Assembly (NCBI GenBank): GCA_050613775.1
Contig: JBODTK010000129.1
Coordinates: 372,001 to 436,000 of the forward strand
Length of the DNA stretch: 64,000 nt
DNA from: Neocallimastix sp. 'constans'
Taxonomy: Eukaryota
Reading direction: 5' to 3'
Position numbers and translations under genes: made by a program. Of this stretch, positions 17,410-31,107 are shown piece by piece. Each line of letters begins with the position of its first letter. The stretch's first letter is position 1. Below the pieces are notes generated by a model that was not told the DNA's origin, did no database searches, and was given only the letters and a program-made list of their open reading frames with translations.

Positions 17410-18829
17410 TTTTTTAACTATTACTATAGATTAATAATATTATTGAACTAATATAAAATAATTTTTTTTTTTTTTTTGTTTCCAATAATTTTAATAATAA
17501 ATAATAGAATAATATATTATTAATAATTGAATAATATATTTTTAATAATATTAATAAAATTTAATATTATAATATATATTCTTTGAGAAATACAAATTAT
17601 AATACATTATGTATTTTATCTACATTAACATAATACGTATTTTTTATACATTTTATTATATTTAATCAAATAAGCTTTTTGTTTTTCTGATACAAAAAAA
17701 ATAAATATTAAATTATTAATATATAAGATTTTATTGGAATCACGTATTTTAATAATTAAATAAATTTATCTAAATATATTTTTAAAATAATGTACAATAT
17801 ATTTTATATTTTATGCGGCGATCATAGGTTAATGTTAACTAATTTTTTGTAGTAGTTGTTAACTAAAGTTGTTTTTTTTTTCTACCATATATTATTTATT
17901 CATAATTTTCAAATTATATCACAGCTAATAATAAAATATATATATTTTTATTTATTTTACTTTATTTTATTTTATTTTATTTTATAAATCAGATAATTTT
18001 ATTTAAAATATAAAATTTTATTATTTAGAAAATAATTAATTATAATATTATATTATTTTACTTAAAATTTTTTAAAAAATTAAAAAAAAAAAAAACGAAA
18101 AAAACAAAAAAAAAAAAAAACATAAAGCAAAAAAAAAACTTAATTATGAAAATATTTAAAAACATTAATAATAATATATATATATAAATTTTAATATTCA
18201 TTACAATATTTTTCCACTATTAATTAATTAATATTTATTTTTCTAATTTTTTTTTTTTTTTTGAAAATTTGAAAATTTGAAATTATTTTAATTCACTATT
18301 TTTTTTTTAACATGTATATATAGATTTGAATTTCTTAATATAAAGTTAAAAGTAGAAATAAATAAAAACTTTATTTTATAATAAAATGATCTGTTTTAAA
18401 TATTTTTCCTTATTTCAAAATAAAATAAAAATAATAAATAAAGTAAAACAAACTTTATATTTGTAAACACTAAAATCAAAATGTAATATAATATATATAT
18501 ATTTTGTACAATAATATATTATATATATAATAGGATATATATTATTTCATATAATGCTATAAATGAATATATTAAAATTTAATAAAATAATTTCATAATA
18601 AAAATTCCATATCATAGAATTATTATACATGAATGGATTACCATACCCTGATTGGGTTAATCAATAATTTTTTTAAACTTATTGGATTAATAAAGTTTGA
18701 TTGTATTATTAATATATATTATATACTAAAAATTGATTATGGAAAAAAATATATAAACTCATCTTTTATCCTTCTGTTTTAATTCTTTGCTCTATTATTA
18801 TATAATTTATTAATAAAATAGAATTAAAA

Positions 18830-20634
18830 ATGGTTTACAAAGTTGGTTAGTATTAGAGTTACAATAGAAAAGATATAAAAAGAATAATTATATTAAAATG
18901 TTAAAAGTACTTTATTTATATAAAGATTAGAACAGGAAATCAATAGAATAAAATAGTGAGAGTATATGTTCGATGATATAGTTCAATATATAAAGCATTT
19001 AAAATTTAAGGAATAAATTATTATAAATTGATTATTATGATGTTTTTATTAAATATAAATAGATACATACTAAAAATTACGGATATCTCTGAAGAATACA
19101 TATTTAGTTGAAATATTTTAGGCAAAAAATTTTGAAAGAAAAATAATAAAAATAAAACAAAAGTATATATAAAAATATACTTTTGTTTTTATATTAATAA
19201 AATATATATTATTTAATTCATTAAATATACACAATTACTAAATATTTTCAATAAACAATATATAAAGGATATAACTTTACTAATTATTAAAATTTAACAT
19301 ATATATATATATATATTGTTATTATTTTATTTATAATAAATTTAAAATATTATTTAGCTGATATCAATCTTGCCGATTTCGGTCGTAAGGAACTTGACAT
19401 TGCTGAAAATGAAATGCCAGGTCTCATGACTCTTCGTAAGAAGTACGGTCCATCTCAACCACTTAAGGGTGCTCGTATTTGCGGTTGTCTTCACATGACT
19501 ATCCAAACTGCTATGCTTATTGAAACTCTTACTGCTCTTGGTGCTGAAGTCGCCTGGAGTTCCTGTAACATTTTCTCCACCCAAGATCACGCTGCTGCTG
19601 CTATTGCTGCTACTGGTGTTCCAGTTTTTGCTTGGAAGGGTGAAACTGATGAAGAATATATCTGGTGTATTGAACAAACATTATTTGCCTTCAAGGATAA
19701 TAAGCCATTAAACATGATTCTTGATGATGGTGGTGATCTTACTGCTCTCGTTCATGAAAAGCACCCAGAACTTCTTGCTGGTATTAATGGTCTTTCTGAA
19801 GAAACTACCACTGGTGTTCACAAGTTATACAGAATGTTCAATGAAGGTAGACTTAAGATTCCAGCTATTAATGTTAATGATTCTGTTACTAAGAGTAAGT
19901 TCGATAACTTATATGGTTGCCGTGAATCTTTAATTGATGGTATTAAGCGTGCTACTGACGTTATGATCGCTGGTAAGATCTGTGTTGTCGCTGGTTACGG
20001 TGATGTCGGTAAGGGATGTGCTGCTGCTCTTAGAGGTATGGGCGCTCGTGTTCTTATCACTGAAGTTGATCCAATTAACGCTCTTCAAGCTGCTATGGAA
20101 GGTTATGAAGTTACTACTATGGAAGAAGCTTCTTCCCAAGGTAACATCTTTGTTACTACTACTGGTGATTGTGAAATTATTACTGGTAAGCACTTCCCAA
20201 ATATGAAGGATGATGCTATTGTTTGTAATATTGGTCACTTTGATTGTGAAATTGATGTTGCTTGGTTAAAGGCCAATGCTGTTAGTGTTGTCAATGTTAA
20301 GCCACAAGTTGATCGTTTCACTTTATCTAACGGCCGTAGAATTATCCTTCTTGCTGAAGGTCGTCTTGTTAACCTTGGTTGTGCCACTGGTCACCCATCA
20401 TTCGTTATGTCTAACTCTTTCTCTAATCAAGTTCTTGCTCAAATTGCTCTTTGGACCGATATCAAGAGTTACCCACTTGGTGTCCATATGCTTCCAAAGA
20501 AGTTAGATGAAGAAGTTGCCGCTGCTCACTTAGAAAAGTTAGGTGTTAAGCTTACTAAGCTTACTCAACAACAAAGTGATTACCTTGGTATTCCAATTGA
20601 TGGTCCATTCAAGCCAAACCACTACCGTTACTAG
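18830..20634 (+). CDS. SAH1: S-adenosyl-L-homocysteine hydrolase (adenosylhomocysteinase), 2 exons
   Basis: Micro-exon 18830-18845 (MVYKV+G), intron 18846-19357 (GTTAGT..TAG), exon 19358-20634 give [28 protein letters not shown]. Signatures [66 protein letters not shown]. Strongly biased, high-expression codon usage. Confidence 0.98.
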
Positions 20635-21719
20635 ATTACTTTACTAAATTTATCATTTAATGATTCTATTTATATCATTTTAATTTAATTTTTCTTAATT
20701 ATTTTTCATTTATGAAAAAAAAAAAAAAAAAAGAATGAAGTAAAATACAATAATTTATTTATTTTTAGAAAAACAATAAAAAATGAAAAAAGAAAAAGAA
20801 GGAAGAAAAAAATAAAGTATTAATAAATAATAATAAATATAATAATAGAAATAATAATAGATGAAGTCAAATGTTAAAAAAGATTTGACTTAATTAAAGA
20901 AATATGCATTCATATTAACAATAAAAAAAGTTACATATAAAGTGAGATTTTAATAAAACATCTGTATAAAATAATAGAAATAAAAATAAAAATCATAAAA
21001 ATCATAAAAATCATAAAAAAAGAAATCAATTTTAGTAACGTTATTAACAAATTAAATAATAAATATTTAAAAAAAATTTATTTATGGTGTTTTTATTTAT
21101 ATTGGACGATGCATTTATTATTAAATATATATGTATAAATTAAGTAATATATGCGTTAAATATATATCATTTTATTTTTATCTAAGTTCACTTAATGTTA
21201 AGTGATTTATTTTATTTCTTTAATTTTTCATTGTAAAAAAAAAAAAAAAATAAACATTTATTTATACTAAATACGAACAAAGGAAAATATAATTTAATTT
21301 AAAAGTACATTTTTATAAAATAATACAGGGAACAAAGGAAAAAATAATTTAATTTTAAAGGAGATTTTTATAAAATAATACAAGAAGTACATAGTTTTTT
21401 TTTTTTTATCTATAATGATATAATGATACCTTTTATTAAATTTAATTAAACTTTTTTTTTTTTTTTTTGGTAATTATTGTGTAACTTAGTACCAAAAAAT
21501 ATATATAATATAATATATTAAAAAAATTTTTTATTAATTTTTTTTAATTTTAATAATTTAAAAAAAAAAAATATATATATATATATATATTATATATTAT
21601 ATTAATACTAATTTTATTAATTGATTTGAAACTCCGATTTAATAAAAATTATAAAAGTGTCATGAATTTAGAAACTATAAATATGACAACTTTATTTATA
21701 TATTTTATGATAAAAAGGG

Positions 21720-21968
21720 AGAAACGACGTTGAAAATGCCGTAAGATAGGCCAGCAGGGACAATTACTCTGAAGAAGAACATCATCATAATTTCTTTCAG
21801 ATAGTCAATTCAAACCCTAATTCGGAATAAGTAATATGGAGGTGAGGTTTGTTGGATATGAACTTTTTTCTTCTGAATTTATTTATAGATTTTATTTTGA
21901 ATATTACTCTTTATTTCACATTACTATATAGAATGTTATTATGTTCTAATTGGATAAATAACATTTAT

Positions 21969-22015
<47 letters not shown>

Positions 22016-22085
22016 GAATATTCATGTAATTAATAATTGTGTAAATAAATAAGTTAAATTTTGCAATATTTGCGGCTGTAAAATA
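21720..22085. repeat. Dispersed ~370-bp repeat, copy 1 (unclassified transposon fragment)
   Basis: Colinear similarity to 37625-37997, e.g. CATAATTTCTTTCA(A)GATAGTCAATTCAAACCCT, ATAAGTAATATGGAGGT, ATTCATGTAATTAATAA, GGCTGTAAAA. Confidence 0.85.
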
Positions 22086-22199
22086 TTGTGGTAAAGAATT
22101 ACTAAAACTTAATTATTTTAAATTAAATACTTTTATACTATATTGTGGCTTGTAAAATTTATATTACTATATGATTCAAAGCATTTGAAGCTTACTTTT

Positions 22200-23290
22200 C
22201 ATGCATTTCTCATTCTAGCATTCCCCCTTAAACCTACTTATTCTATTATGAATAAATTGGTTTAATGGTGAATATGTGTATATTAAATTATTTTATTTGA
22301 TTATATTAATTTGATATTTTTAAATTATTAGTTTTTTTTTATATTATTTCTTTAATTCTATTTAAATATTGTAAAAATAATTTTTTAAATATATTCGTAA
22401 TCTAATAGTTTCCCCTTCTAAAACTAAGTATTTAATATTATTAAATCATTAATATTGAATGTACCAAAGACATCTCTTCTAACATTTATATAATGGAAAC
22501 TTTTCTCATGAAGGATGGATATTTTACTATCTCAATTTGTGTGAATATCTTTTATATAATGAGTTTTACATCACTTTTAATTGTAATCTGCATTGAAGAT
22601 TAGCATTAACTTTTATAAAATATACTCTTTTTAGTTTTAGAGATAACTATTAAAATAAATTGTTAATTATATATCGGTATACTTGATAAATCATAGTTTT
22701 TAGGAATTAAAATTGATTACATTTATAACTAACCATATTATTCCCATCATATAAACTTATTAATAAATAATGCAAATGGTTTCGTTATTTATTTAGATTC
22801 AATATTTCAGTAAATTTCTTCTTGTAGGATAATATTTGCTAATTTTTTCTATTGATGCTATTTTTGTTCATTTCCAAAAATAAGTATGATTTTTTAAATA
22901 ATCATCACAAAGAATCAGTTAAGTTAACTTTCATAAATATTGTATGTTCTTTATTTTACTATGCCTCTTTCCCCTTAAAATCTAGATTTAAAAGAATTTT
23001 ATATATTTAAATTTTCTCATTATTAAAATATTAATAATAGAAGTTTAATAATCATAACTTCTTAAATACTTTGAAATTAATATGTATAGTTTATTAGTTT
23101 GTGGATGGATAAACGTCATTTATTTGTATATAACTCATGATTATACCTATTATTTTATTATACATTTCATCACGAAGGGGTATAGGATTATACTAAATTA
23201 GTTATTATCTAAATCCATTTCATGCTAGGTTTAATAATGCTATTATTTTTGAATACACCCATTTCATGCTAGGATTTACTATTCTATTTC
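22200..23290 (-). mobile_element. Highly decayed Ty1/copia RT-RNase H relic with polypurine tract and 3' LTR start
   Basis: Minus strand reads MKWVYS (RT KWV motif, ~23250-23270), a ..GYIQ-like fragment (~23130) and NADY (RNase H DAD-like, ~22590). It ends in TTAAGGGGGAA|TGCTAGAAT (PPT, then TG LTR start at 22220). No intact frame. Confidence 0.55.
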
Positions 23291-23683
23291 CATTGAATAT
23301 TTGTGATATTATATTTTAAATTATTTTTGTACGTGATCTCTGACTTATAGTCTCCTCCTCTATTGTTGTTAATATATTTATACAAGTCGATATATATAAA
23401 TATGTATTAAAATAACTATCTTTTTAAGTAATGCATATTGTTAAATTGAGTTTTGCATATTTATGGGGTGGAAATATTTTATCATAGAGTAGATTTCTTT
23501 TTGTATAAATATAGTACATTATTAATAGTATGAGATAATTCTCTTCTATCAATTATTTTATATTTTTATGCGGTTTTTTTTTGCAATCTTGATCATTTTA
23601 AATGTCCAGTTTTATTAGGCTTCCCTTAAATTGACATAATGAGAAACTTTTATCATAATTTAAATGACTTTTGGAATTAATAA

Positions 23684-24510
23684 GTGTGCTACTCTTGTTG
23701 TACAAATTACGAAGATCTATCTTTATTTATTGGTCGAAACAAATTACCTATAACTGACAACTATACTTATCTTGGTATTCCTTTTGATGAATCTTTATCA
23801 TTGAAACCTATACAATCCAAATTAAACAGTAATTTAAATGTCAAGTTAAATTCGTACTTTCGATTTCTTATTAATAAAACTATTCCTCTCCCATTGAAGA
23901 AATATGTTTTAATTTTATTTATTCTTAGTCTTGTTTTATATTATGCACCTCTCTTTGGTTAAAATAAGAGCAGATGCTCTAAAGATCAAAAAAATTATTA
24001 GCAGAGGACTTTGTCGGAGTTATGGATTTAAATCTCACAATTCTTATGTTCGTTTCTATGATATTACTCGTGAATTGAGAATACCCTCCTCTTTCAACTG
24101 TATGTGCTATATCTCAATTACGCTGCTTTAGAAAATGGAAAAACTCATCATGTATTATTAATCATCTCACTAATATTATTCCTACTATGTCACATTACTC
24201 ATGGACTAAAGAATTAAGGACTTTGGATAAGAAATTAAATGGTAATAAAAACAAGTGAAATAAAAAGGTTTTATTGGGAAAGGAATGTCTTCAAACCCTC
24301 AAAAGCTAAGAAAGCAATTATTTACAAGGAGAATGATTTTGGATTTATTTCATAAATCAAAAACTTAACATTTCAATATCCTAAGTATCAATTGGGATTC
24401 TTTTGGATTTTTCGAATTAGGTGTGGCTTTAAATTTGACATTAGTATTTCCATTAAAAGAAAAATAGTCTCAGAAGATTGCCCTAAATGGTGTCCTTGTT
24501 GTGGTGTATA
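23684..24510 (+). mobile_element. Non-LTR retrotransposon (LINE-like) relic: RT C-terminal region and Cys-rich tail
   Basis: LPITDNYTYLGIPFD (RT YLG motif), FILSLVLYYAPLFG, then FWIFRIRCG..CPKWCPCCG at 24400-24505. Broken by frameshifts and stops. Confidence 0.75.
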
Positions 24511-24664
24511 GAGTTTTTACATTTATTTATATGTATTATTAGTATACATTATTTATTTATTAATATTATAATTTATATTTCCTATTAAATAAAGTATATA
24601 TTTAATTTATGAGTTTAATTTATCATTACTAATAACAATAAACAACAATTATAAAATTTGTAAT

Positions 24665-24725
<61 letters not shown>

Positions 24726-24747
24726 TTGTATTTTTAATAATAATAAT

Positions 24748-26852
24748 TATTAAATATTGTTTTTTTATGTGTTTAATTACATAGCATATTATACAATAAT
24801 ATTAAATGTAAAATATTTCTATTCAATATTATCATACAGTGTAATATTAAATATTATTAATAATGCTAAATTAATATAAAAAAATGATTATAAATAAATG
24901 ATATATTCTTAAATGAATAGGTCTTTCTTAAGAGCAATAAAATAAATAAATAAACACATAATAAAATATAAATATCATTTCTGATTTTAGGTATTATGTT
25001 TTTAACAGATTAAGTGACTCACAGACTCAATAATTCAATAACAAGCATTAATATCAAAATTCAATATATAAAATACTCAACACTCACTAAATATTATAAT
25101 AAAGAAATATTAACAGTTAAATTTAAAATGACTAAACTAGACAATTCAACAACTACAGGAAGTTTCTTCAAAAACTTCAACAAATACAACAAATACAGCA
25201 AAGACAACAGATACATCAAGCTCAACATTGAATGAGGCACCTGTTGAAGTAGAACCTTCAAATATTCAAGCAAATACAATTACTAATTTTTATATTCAAA
25301 ATTTTAAAATTATAAAGGAAAACTTTCACAAATGGTATTCAAATATGAAATTATTCCTTGATTCTGAAGAATTAGGTAATTATATACATTAAAAAATATT
25401 TAAGATAGAAACACCAATAAAAAAACACTTATTGTATGATAGTACCGTCAGGATTATAATATCGAACACCTTCAACAAATATACGAAAATTCTTTTAAAT
25501 AAATAATCGCACAAGTCTATATCTAATGATAAAAGAATTAAAAAAAAAAAAAAAAAAAAAAAAGATTTTCAGAAACAGGCCCATAAAGACTATTTGAAAT
25601 GGAATTAAAGATAAAGAAATTAAAAATTGAAAAAAGATGACTTTAACCTATATTTAGATAATCTTAACTCCTTATTTAGAGTATATAATAATAAGGAAAA
25701 ATTATAAAATAAATCGGAAGTGAATGAAGAAACTATTGTCATAAAAATAGGTGTACTACAGATACCTGCTTTTTTTTTTTTTTTTTTTTTTTTCAACCCA
25801 TCAATTTCACCATAGAATAACTATAGGGGAGAAAAGAAAAATAGTAATAATAAATCAAGAAATAAAAATAAAAATTAAAGTACATCTTTAAGTAAGAAAT
25901 TTAGTATAAGAAACTTCAAATAATATAACCTTAATTATGAAGAACAAAACAATTCAGATTTCATATTTAGATCCATCATTCGACTTCTGCTTAAATATGA
26001 CAACTAGTATTATAGAAGACAATAACAATTTATTAACTCCTAGAAAAATTAAAGCAAATAAATGCTGAAATAGGAAAAGATGAAAATTATGATAAAAAAG
26101 ATAATAACAAAGAATCATGAATCATTGATAGTAGAACAAGAATAAACTTATCAAAAAATACAAAATCACAATCAAACGTTTAAAAAGTTTCTAATAGATA
26201 AATTATATATCCAATACAATCCGATAGAATTTACAAGAAGGATAAGTACAAAGGAATATGTAAAAATAATTTTTCTATTAGAGAAGTGTTTTACGCTATA
26301 AATATATAAAAAAAATTTAATTTTTCACTTATTATCTCTGTAAAAAAAGGGCTTTAAATTAGTAATGGAAACATGTAGCAAAAAAAAAAAAAAAAAAACT
26401 ACTCTAAATATTTAAAAAACAATAAATTAATTAAAATAAAATTAAATTAATGCTCATTGGTTCTAACTTAATGATGGCAGATCCATTAAACCAAAAGTAT
26501 TTCTGGATCCAGGCTCAAATACTATTTGGATTTCATCATGAAAATATTGAAAAATGCCAAAATTAGGGAAAACGTTAAATATTGCAGTTATGTGCTTAAT
26601 TACATCGTACATTATATTATTTAATGCAAAATATTTCTATTAGGTAGGATTATGCAGTGTAATGTTAAATGTTATCAATAATGTTAGACTATTTTTTTTT
26701 TTTTTTTAAAAAAAAAATAAAAATAAAAAAAAAAAAAAAAAAAGATTATAAATAACATGTAATGATAAATTCTTAAATGAATGGGTCTTTCTTAAATAAT
26801 AAAATAAATAAAATAAACACGTAATAAAATATAAAATTTAAATATCATTTGA
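24748..26852 (+). mobile_element. Internally deleted Ty1/copia element with paired diverged LTRs
   Basis: Direct repeats ~24748-25007 and ~26573-26852 (shared TTAATTACAT, AAAATATTTCTATT, TTCTTAAATGAAT(A/G)GGTCTTTCTTAA). LTR ends AACA, then a PBS variant GATTAAGTGACTCA (25008-25021). Gag NFHKWYSNMKLFLDSEEL at 25321. Decayed protease *IIDS near 26120. RNase H tail MMADPL near 26470. PPT-like AGGGAAAA precedes the 3' LTR. Confidence 0.85.
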
Positions 26853-26950
26853 CAATTATAATAATAATAATTTGTATTTGTAATAATAATATTAATAATG
26901 AGTGTTTTTATTTTTAATAATAATAATAATAGTGATGATAGTTTGTATTT

Positions 26951-27295
<345 letters not shown>

Positions 27296-27430
27296 GTGCT
27301 AATAATAGTAGCTGTTGATGTTGTATTAGTAGTAATAATAATAAAAATAATATTGTTTATTATCCAAATACATTAAAAAATAATTTTGAATGAGTATTTA
27401 TATATTAATTAAAAAGTAATAATTACAAAC

Positions 27431-28123
27431 GAGTGTGTGTCATTTCGCAAAAATTCATTTCGGAAAAGTTTCATTTCGCAAAATTTTAATAAATAGATAA
27501 ATAAATAATAAAATAAATAAATAAATAAATAATAAAAAAATAAAAAAAAAAGAATTATAAAATATAAAATAAAAAATATAAAATAAAAAATAAAAAATAA
27601 AAAAAAAAAAATATAAAACACAAAATATAAAATATAAAATAAAAAAAAAATATATATATATATAAAATAAAAAATAAAAAAAATAAAAAATATAAAATAT
27701 AAAATATAAAATAAAAATAAAAAATAAAAAAATATATATATATATATATATAATAAATATATATATAAAATAAAAAATTAAAAATAAAAAATATAAAATA
27801 AAAAATAAAAAAAAAATAAAAAAAATATAAAAAATAAAAAATAAAAATAAAAAATATAAAATAAAAAATAAAAAAAAATAAAAAAAAATATAAAAAATAT
27901 AAAATAAAAATATAAGATATAAAATAAAAATAAAAAAATATAAAATAAAAAATAAAAATAAATAAATAAAAATATAAAAAATATAAAATAAAAATATAAA
28001 ATATAAAATATAAAATATAAAATATAAAATATAAAATATAAAATATAAAATAAAAAAATAGATACCACCTAAAATCATCCTAATTTTGTGCTACTTTTAA
28101 CTCCCTTTTTTATGATGTCCTCA

Positions 28124-28158
<35 letters not shown>

Positions 28159-28714
28159 GAATTATTTATAAATATTTCTTTTATTAAAAAAATTTATTAG
28201 CAATTTAAGATTTTTAAAATACTGCGCAAGGACTTAAAAGGTGTAAAATGATCAATTAATTATTTAAATATTATTTTCTAATATTTTTTTTAATAATTAT
28301 TTTTAAATTTAACAATTATATTTTAAATTATTATCCTTTACATCTTTTAAATTATTAATACTTATTTTTTTTATATATATAAAATTCTTATATATATTTT
28401 AAAAAATTATAAAACGTTTAAAACATATGATAAAATATTTTATTTTTTTAAAGCGTTAATTCTAATGAATATTTATTATTATATAATGTATATTTGATAT
28501 ATATATGTCCATATATATATGTATATTTTTTTAAAAAAATTTAATTTTAAAATTTATTTATTTATTATAGTTTTATATATTTATTTTTATTTATTTAGTT
28601 TTTTATTTAAATTTTATATATTATTTATTTATTTTATTATTAATTTATTTATTTATTAAAAATTTTGCGAAATGAAACTTTCCTAAATGAAATTTTGCGA
28701 AATGCTCCTCCCCC
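27431..28714. mobile_element. Non-autonomous Mutator-like (MULE) DNA transposon with long imperfect TIRs and a 9-bp TSD
   Basis: ATTACAAAC at 27422-27430 and 28715-28723 flanks a G...C element. CATTTCGCAAAAATTCATTTCGGAAAAGTTTCATTTCGCAAAATT (27441-27485) is the inverted copy of 28661-28704. The interior is low-complexity and non-coding. Confidence 0.88.
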
Positions 28715-28772
28715 ATTACAAACAATTATTAATAATAATTTATTTTTTTTTTTTTTTTTCTCTTATTATTAT

Positions 28773-28803
<31 letters not shown>

Positions 28804-29263
28804 GTTCTGTTTTATTTTTAAGTTTTGAAATGAAACCATTTTATAATTATTATTTTTCATTTATTATATTATATAAAAAACAATTTATTTATTTTCTTTT
28901 TTTTTTTTTTAAAAAAAAAAATAAAGACAAAAACAAAAACCATTAATTAAAAAATTAAAAAATTAAAAAATTCTTGCCTATAGAATTTATTTATTCTAAT
29001 AAAAGAAGAGAGGTGTTTAAAACTTAGAATTAAATATACTTTATATATATATATATATATATAAAATAGATTAAACAAATAAAGCATTTAGAAAATATTT
29101 AGAATATAATGATATTTTAGACGCTTTAACCAAAGGTAATAACAATTAATACTAGAAATCATTCTTTCTCTTAATATACAAAATGAAAGATATATATTTT
29201 ATGTCTTAATGTATTAATGAATAGTATATATTATATTTTATTATATTATTTAATTAATACAAC

Positions 29264-29300
<37 letters not shown>

Positions 29301-30243
29301 ATTATATATATATTAAACATAAAAATAATTTTAGTTGATTTAAATGAAGAATCTGAAAATTAATGGAACAGAAATACATTATTTAATAAAAGTCAAAATT
29401 ATAAAATAACCCAATTTTAAATCCAATTTTATATATATATATTAAAATAAATTTATAAAATAAAACAAAAAAGACTTAGACTTTATTAAAATTTATTAAT
29501 ATTATTTATTTATGTCTAGAAAATTTATTAATTATAAAAAAAACTTGTATATTTATATTCATTAAATATCTAAAAAAAATTAAAAAAAAAAAAAAAAAAT
29601 AAAATAAAATAAAAAGGAAATGATATTTATTTCCAAAAAAAAAAAGAATACTCTACACATATATAGTCATTCCCATTTATACATATATATATGCAATTAA
29701 TAAATATGCATTTATTTAGAAGAAGTATAAATTAACCGTCATTATGAATATAAATACTTTCATTTCTTTCATTTCATTTCATTTCAATTTTTTTTTTAAT
29801 TATATTTATTATAGTCTTCCAAATTAAACTTAATAATTGAATATATATTTTAAATAATTTTATAATATATATATCTTTAAATTTGATTATTTATTATTTT
29901 AATACTTATTTTAATTTTTATTAAAAAATTAATTTTTAAATATGTCTTTTAAATATGTTTCTTAAAACAAAACTATGAAGTAAAAAAAAAAAAAAATAAT
30001 AATAAATAAATATAAATAAAATAGTATGAAATATCTAGGGTATAATTTTTTTTTAGATGACTTTTAATAATAATAAGCTTTTTTTTTTTTTTTTTTAAAA
30101 AAAAATAAAATATATATACGCTTATTCAATTTACTTATAATAATTATTAATTGAAATTGCTTTCTATATATATATATATTTTATGCAATATGTAATATCA
30201 TAAAAAATTGAAAGATAAAAAAAAAAAAAAAAAAAAAAAAAAA

Positions 30244-30587
30244 TTACTTTTTAGTTCTTTTTCTTTTTTGGGTGACATTATCTTTATTTATAGGTTTTTT
30301 AGTTCCTTTTGAATTGATTTTATGATGACTTGTTGATGGTAATGATAAATCTTTTTGAGGTACTGGAATATTATTTGAACTGCTACTTGAAACTTCGGAA
30401 AAATCTCTTTTACGATGTAGAAAATCTACAATAGTTTTCTTTCCTTTGTTCTTTAAAAATTGAATTATAATAATGATAATATTAATAATAATAGAAAAGT
30501 GAATATTATTATTTATTTTTAATAGGAATTTGTTAATTAATTAAAAAGAAATAGAAAAATACATTTAATAATAATAATAATAATAAC

Positions 30588-30642
<55 letters not shown>

Positions 30643-31107
30643 ATAAAACAAAACAAAACAAAACAAAACAAAATAAAATAAAATAAAATAAAATAAAATA
30701 AAATAAAATAAAATAAAATAAAATAAAATAAAATTGTTCATAATTACTTTAGGATTATCTAATTTTTCACGTTGTTTTACTAATTGACGCATAACAGGAT
30801 CTTCATTATCATGTTTTATAACTAAAATTTTATTGTTATTTTTTTTTTTTATATATAAATAAATATTATATTAATAGAAAAAATACATTTTAATACAAAT
30901 ATTAATACATATTCAATAGATAAATATCAAATATATATTCATGTATATATATATAATTTATAATAGAATATTTTAATAATTACATGTATATTTTTGGTTA
31001 CTGTCTTTTGGGTATACTTGTTTTAAAGGAAATCCTTTTGAAAAATTACATTCAACATTTTTAAAATTATTTTTATCTGAAACAGGAAGATTTGCCAGAT
31101 ACTCCAT
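30244..31107 (-). CDS. DDA1-like (DET1- and DDB1-associated protein 1) small protein, 3 exons, 134 aa
   Basis: Exons 31107-30984, 30821-30748 and 30450-30244 join in frame via GT-AG introns: MEYLANLPVSDKNNFKNVECNFSKGFPLKQVYPKDSNQKYTFIKHDNEDPVMRQLVKQREK...QKRKRTKK*. The N-terminus resembles DDA1 (FLKGLPVYNKSNF). The gene model is solid; the family call is from memory. Confidence 0.6.

Noticed and set aside
17620..17655. Inverted ~30-bp similarity to 13261-13293 (possible solo-LTR relic in the RlmN promoter)
   Set aside because: Too short and AT-rich to separate from chance.
19354..20506. Several overlapping alternative-frame and antisense ORFs within SAH hydrolase
   Set aside because: Expected by-products of strong codon bias in a highly expressed gene; no independent motifs.
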